A program made the position numbers and the translations under genes. Of a DNA stretch of 64,000 nt, positions 58,972 to 64,000 are shown piece by piece (position 1 is the first letter of the stretch; every line of letters starts with the position of its first letter). The notes beneath the pieces are model-generated. The model searched no databases, was not told the DNA's origin, and saw only the letters and a program-made list of their open reading frames with translations. Where the stretch lies: NCBI GenBank assembly GCA_964035545.1, contig OZ037771.1, positions 13,639,133 through 13,703,132 of the forward strand, read 5' to 3'. Source of the stretch: Bugula neritina (Eukaryota; Animalia; Bryozoa).

Positions 58972-61919
58972 GTTGATTGACCGTAGTTTTTTAGCTGGTG
59001 TAACCTTTTACCATTGGCCTAGTTATACTAGGCTGAAATAGATAGAACTTTCCTCAGGATGTGAGCTTATCCTGATCCTAGTAAGGGTGTCTGCTGAATT
59101 AATGAGCATTTGTTTTCAGCTACTCCAAGTAGTGTCAGCCAGTCTACAATCTTGTATAAAGCTCCAAAGGCTCCAGTTACAACGGGATGACTTTTTTGAT
59201 GTTTTCCAAAGGCGGGTTTATTCTAGTGCTAAATTCTGATATTTTCATAACTTTTCGAATTTTTTTCTTTTACTCTGTAGTTAACAGGGACTGTGATATC
59301 AATTATCGTTGTTTCAGCATTATGCTTGTCAACTACTAATATATCGGGTCTCCTAACTTTGATGACTATGTCAGTGTGTATGTTAAAATCTTACAATGTT
59401 TTTACATTATCATTTTCCAGTACTGATTCTGCTTGATGGCCGTACCAATTCTTACTTTTCTGAAACCCACGAAGTTCACACAACTACTATTGAAATTATC
59501 AATGCCAAAAGGTTGTGTTTTTTCTTATATTCTCCTTCTGCTACCTTCTCAAACTCACTCAATACGTGCATCGAAGTTTTGTCTCTTGCGTTACACATTC
59601 CACACTTCTTGCTACCCTGTTCTCTCATCATAGCCACTTTATAATTTCTAGTAGTGAATAGTTGATCTTGCGCAGCTGTCAGCAGTCCTTCTGTTTCCTT
59701 TTTCAGCCAACCATACTTCAACCAGTTCCAGGAAAATGCTTTCATGTCTTCCACCATTTTGATGTATTGACCACGTGAAGCTTTTCTTTACACTCATCAG
59801 TTCTTTCTATCACTTTATCATTATTTAGTTCTACCGCCGTTTTGTCTTTTAGGAAGGTATTCAGTGTGGTGTTTCTATCAGTCTATGTTATATTTATGTA
59901 GTCTGACATGCTGCAGTTTTCAATCTTTATGCATTTTTCAGTTGACAACATTCTTCTACCGCCTTCCCTTCTGCTAAAATACAGCCTGCCTACATCTGCT
60001 CTCGGATAGGGTGCACGGTTTGTTGTCATTAGCTTCCTTGTCTTTCAGTCCATATTTTTCAGCTCATGAAACAGTTCAGTCAAGTATTCTAGCTGTGTAA
60101 TGCACTGCTGTTACTGCCCATGTGTTTATTGCTTTGATTGTGTTCTCACCATTCAGTTTTGAATCCAGAACTTTTCTTATTTGTTTGTAGTACTCCTTGA
60201 TCTTATTTTTCATTTCATATATTTGTATTCTATCAATCTCAAGAACTCCTAGATATTTATACGGCTTCTCACCCAGATCTTTGATTACCTGTTCATCAGG
60301 CAAACTGATTCCTGTGTCCTTGATTTTCTTTCCCTTTCTCATAACCAGTGTGGCACATTTTCTAATCCAAATTTCATTTCTATATTCCTTGTGAAGATCC
60401 CGGCAGTGTTTACCAAAGCTTCCAGTTCTGACTTTGATTTCCTATTTACCTTCAGGTCATCCACATATAGGAGATGGTTTGTTTTCTGTCTCGTCGAAAT
60501 TTGCATCATTGAGCCGCTTCTGTCATGCGAATCGGTAGTTGGAGAAAAGGGATAGAGATAAAGAGTCTCCTTGGAAAATTCTTAGTTTGATCTTTATTTC
60601 TCCTATCTTTTCTTCCAGGTATTTCAGTTGTGTTTTCCAGGTTTCATGCTTTTTCTTATCAACCTTATGACATTAATTGCTATTCCAGTTGTTTGCATCG
60701 TTTCTAAGATCTAATTTCCTTGTCTTTACATATGCTCCAATTTGTTGCTAATTTTATTTAGTCATTCTGCATTGGTATTATTTTTAGTTGGCTGACCCCA
60801 TATATTTTATCAGAATGCTTTTGATTTCCTTGTCAGGTGCCTCTTTAGATGTACGTATTCATTTCCTCGTAATTCTTGATAAAAGCGCTTATCATTGTAA
60901 ACATTGTGTTCTGATTATATTGATCAACTCATTCTGTATATCTGTTTATCTTCTGGCTTACAGCTCTCAGGTTTTGCTTCAGTTTTTCAATCACTACACC
61001 ACACTCTTTGTTCTTTATCCTATATTTTTCTTCAACCATTCTTCTCAATGAATCATTGTAAGCTCTACTTTTTCACTCTGCTATTTTACTTAAGTCTGAT
61101 CTAATTTCTTTTTATTTCTTCTGCAGTCGTATTTTCCATACTTGTACATTGTCAGTTTTTCTTTTTCCTTTTTGTTACACACTTGTTCTGTTACTATTTT
61201 TCGCACAAGCCATGGTGGTGTTATTAAGCTCAATGGTATTAATAATCTCAACACAGTTTAGCACATCATTAATCTGTTTTACTGCCTGTAGTAATTTGAC
61301 CCTCTCAATGTGCCTAAGGGCTCTTAGTGTTGGTCGATCATTAGATAGTTTGTTATGCTCATTTATAATTTTTCTACTAACACTTTTTCTACCTCTGAAC
61401 TAGGTACTCTTAAAATTCTCATGGCTGATTTATATGCTATCTCATGTTGTACTATAACATCCTCTATTTGCAAATTTAGCTCTTCATTATCTTCTTCACC
61501 AATTGATGTGCCTAGTTCTTGCAAGGTTCCTTCTTCAATCTTATGGAGTTCTTCTTCCATAAAATGCTTGTGTTTCTTCATAGTTCTTGCTTAATCCGAT
61601 AGTCTCTATTCGCTGATGTTAAACTCTCCTCTGTTTTCCAGCGTTTGCACTTTCTTTTTAAATAATTCTTTGATCCGGGTCTACAGAGCTCATACATTGT
61701 TTTTCTATAACCTCTCAATTTGGGTGTACTTTTGAAGCAGCATTTCATGACAACTTTGTTGTCTTCTCTTGAGTATCTTCTTCTAGTTGTGCCATTAACG
61801 GGTTGACGGCCGTAGGTTGCCTGGCCCTCCACATACCCACTGCCAGACGAGACATGCCATGTTTAGTTAGACATACCATTAACGTCGTTGGCTTTATTAG
61901 TTCTATTTTAATGGATCAT
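58972..61919 (-). mobile_element. Degenerate non-LTR retrotransposon with RT and restriction-like endonuclease, R4/Dong-like, internally deleted
   Basis: Frameshifted fragments: RRRYSREDNKVVMKCCFKSTPKLRGYRK (N-terminal), IFQGDSLS, NHLLYVDDLK and YKYLGV (RT), KKETEGLLTAAQDQ, CGMC...H (zinc knuckle), RRPDILVVD...IIDITVP (endonuclease). TAA repeats flank both ends. Confidence 0.9.
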
Positions 61920-64000
61920 ATTATTATTTTTAATTATTATTATTATCACTATCAGTAGCAAATAAATAATTTTATATTTGTTATTAGTTACTACTTATAG
62001 AAATTGAGTGCCACAGCTTGAGGGTTATAAAGTCAGTCTTAGTCAATGTAATGGGGATGCTGATACTGACATTTGGCTTCGAGCTCATACTTAAATTGCT
62101 AACAACTATACCTAAGGATAACAGGAGTATTAAAATGTTAATTTATAAGGATTATAACCTTAGAGTGGAGATATTATTCTCAATTTATTTAGTTTTTACT
62201 TTACTAACTTTTATTTTATTCATCAACCTTACTGTCTATTTAAATAGCAAACTAAAGAATAATTATGAAGGCCTTTGAATTGAAGTACTTTTCTGTAGCT
62301 GATTAGATTTCAAGTATTAAAATAACATACTAAGACAGAATACCATTATATGAGCTAAATTAATAAAGTAAAGAAGATTTCTTTGTTAATCAAAATATAG
62401 GTGTCACATATGCCTATTTTTAAGATTATGTTCTTATATGTGCTGTCTTTTTAATATTTTTAAAGTGCTACATTTTGAGGGTAGCCTACATCAATATGAC
62501 TGCCCTGTAATTGCTTGTCAACTATAAGAGTTAGACCTATAAACTGTCTCATTTTCAAATTATCTTTACTTTTCTAATTGATGTTAACATGACTATTCCT
62601 ATTAGTATTTTGGTGTTTACCATTAGTAATGTTTGAAGTAACATCAATATCATTGTTAATTTGTCTAATTATTCAAATTTTAATATTCATCATTTGTGAA
62701 CAGTAATAAAATTTTGTCTTTCTTAAATTAATGTGATGCTAGATTAGCTACTCTAGCAAGTGTGTATTGTGCAATGAGTACCAATGCCATATTTTTGCAC
62801 TTCTTGTTCTATATAATTTAGATTTAAGGTAACAATTCCTAAAGCTATCACATAATGCTGCTATCAGTTATAAAGATGTCACTGATCCAAACATTGAAAA
62901 CCAGCTGAGTGCATGCAAGGTTGAAAACTCATTTTCTCTGGTTAGGTAAGTAAAAAGGTATTTGCTGTAATTTACAACTATTTTGTTTTCAACATCCTTG
63001 ATGTTCATCTCTAAAAGATAAGTAGCACATAATGGTACCTGTTTTACTTAGCAGAAGAAATTATTGTCAAAGCTCTATTACTACATTTTAAATTGTATGA
63101 CACTCTTTTGACTACATTTGATTTCATATCTCAAATAATTATATTTCTGACTCATGAAACTGTAACCACACACTTGAGAACAAAATAAATAATGATATGG
63201 AAGCTTTCTTTAACTTTGTCAATTTAGTCAACAGCCAATGACTGAAAACATGTTTTGTACACTATTGATTGCCTCTCTATTTCCGCTATAAGGCAGAAAC
63301 TTTAATCTCAAAATTTAAGACACTGGCAATTCTTCCCAATAATACGTTGTTCAAAACAAATATTTTTTGCCAAGTAATATAGTATTTAATTATATTTTTT
63401 AGTCAAAGAAATGTGTTTGGTTTCTTGTGTCATCTTGAATAGGTTGTTATCCATTATCTTTTTCTTCGTGTTATGGCTATGAGTGTATATAACCTTTGCT
63501 GACAGGTTTTTCCCCCATCACTATATGTTTCTCTGTTTACTCTCTAACAGTTTTATTTCTGTTCATTTTTTAGAGTTTACTAAAATGACATGGGTGTGCT
63601 TTGTTGTGGCTCCTAATTGAGCGCATCCGTTGAGATTATTGGAAGTTTTGTTGAAAATGAGCTGAGGCCTCTTACTCCTAAAGGCACGAATTTGAGTCAT
63701 CTTAGCTACTTGTAGCATATCAACATCGAACAGCACCATTCCACTACTCTAAGCTTAAGGTTTTGGCTGCATTAGATCAACAGGTAAGTTTAATAGTTTG
63801 TATTTCGTACACTATTTCATGATGTCTGTTCAGCATTTACTTGGTAGCACACATTTATAGATTTTGCATTCTTTTAGTTTTTTGCAGTACAACTTTTCTA
63901 CGCAACTATTACACTGTTGTTGCTGTTAATTGTAGTTTATTCTGCTTGACCATGCAATTATTGAATTATGTTGCAAAGGTGATTGAGTCCTTTTATTTAA

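Overview
This is AT-rich eukaryotic (metazoan, probably invertebrate) genomic DNA with GT-AG introns, so the six-frame ORFs are exon fragments. The first ~49 kb hold a head-to-tail minus-strand array of paralogous genes: six complete copies (one with a truncated last exon), one orphan set of three intact 3' exons, and one decayed 3' duplicate. Hand-spliced models keep frame in all six complete copies and encode 464-589 aa proteins predicted to be secreted. Their architecture is a signal peptide split over two mini-exons, a single ~860-nt exon for an NHL-repeat beta-propeller, 0-2 HYR-like modules (one phase 1-1 exon each), and an unassigned ~150-aa six-cysteine C-terminal domain on three exons. 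I do not recognise this architecture. The paralogs are highly diverged and differ in module number, consistent with birth-and-death evolution. Introns and spacers carry tRNA-derived SINE-like repeats, MITEs, a 2.5-kb non-autonomous DNA transposon with CACAG ends, and long TG/CA/TA microsatellites. The last 15 kb contain low-complexity DNA and a decayed, internally deleted R4/Dong-like non-LTR retrotransposon flanked by TAA repeats. All family assignments come from motifs read by eye; no searches were run.
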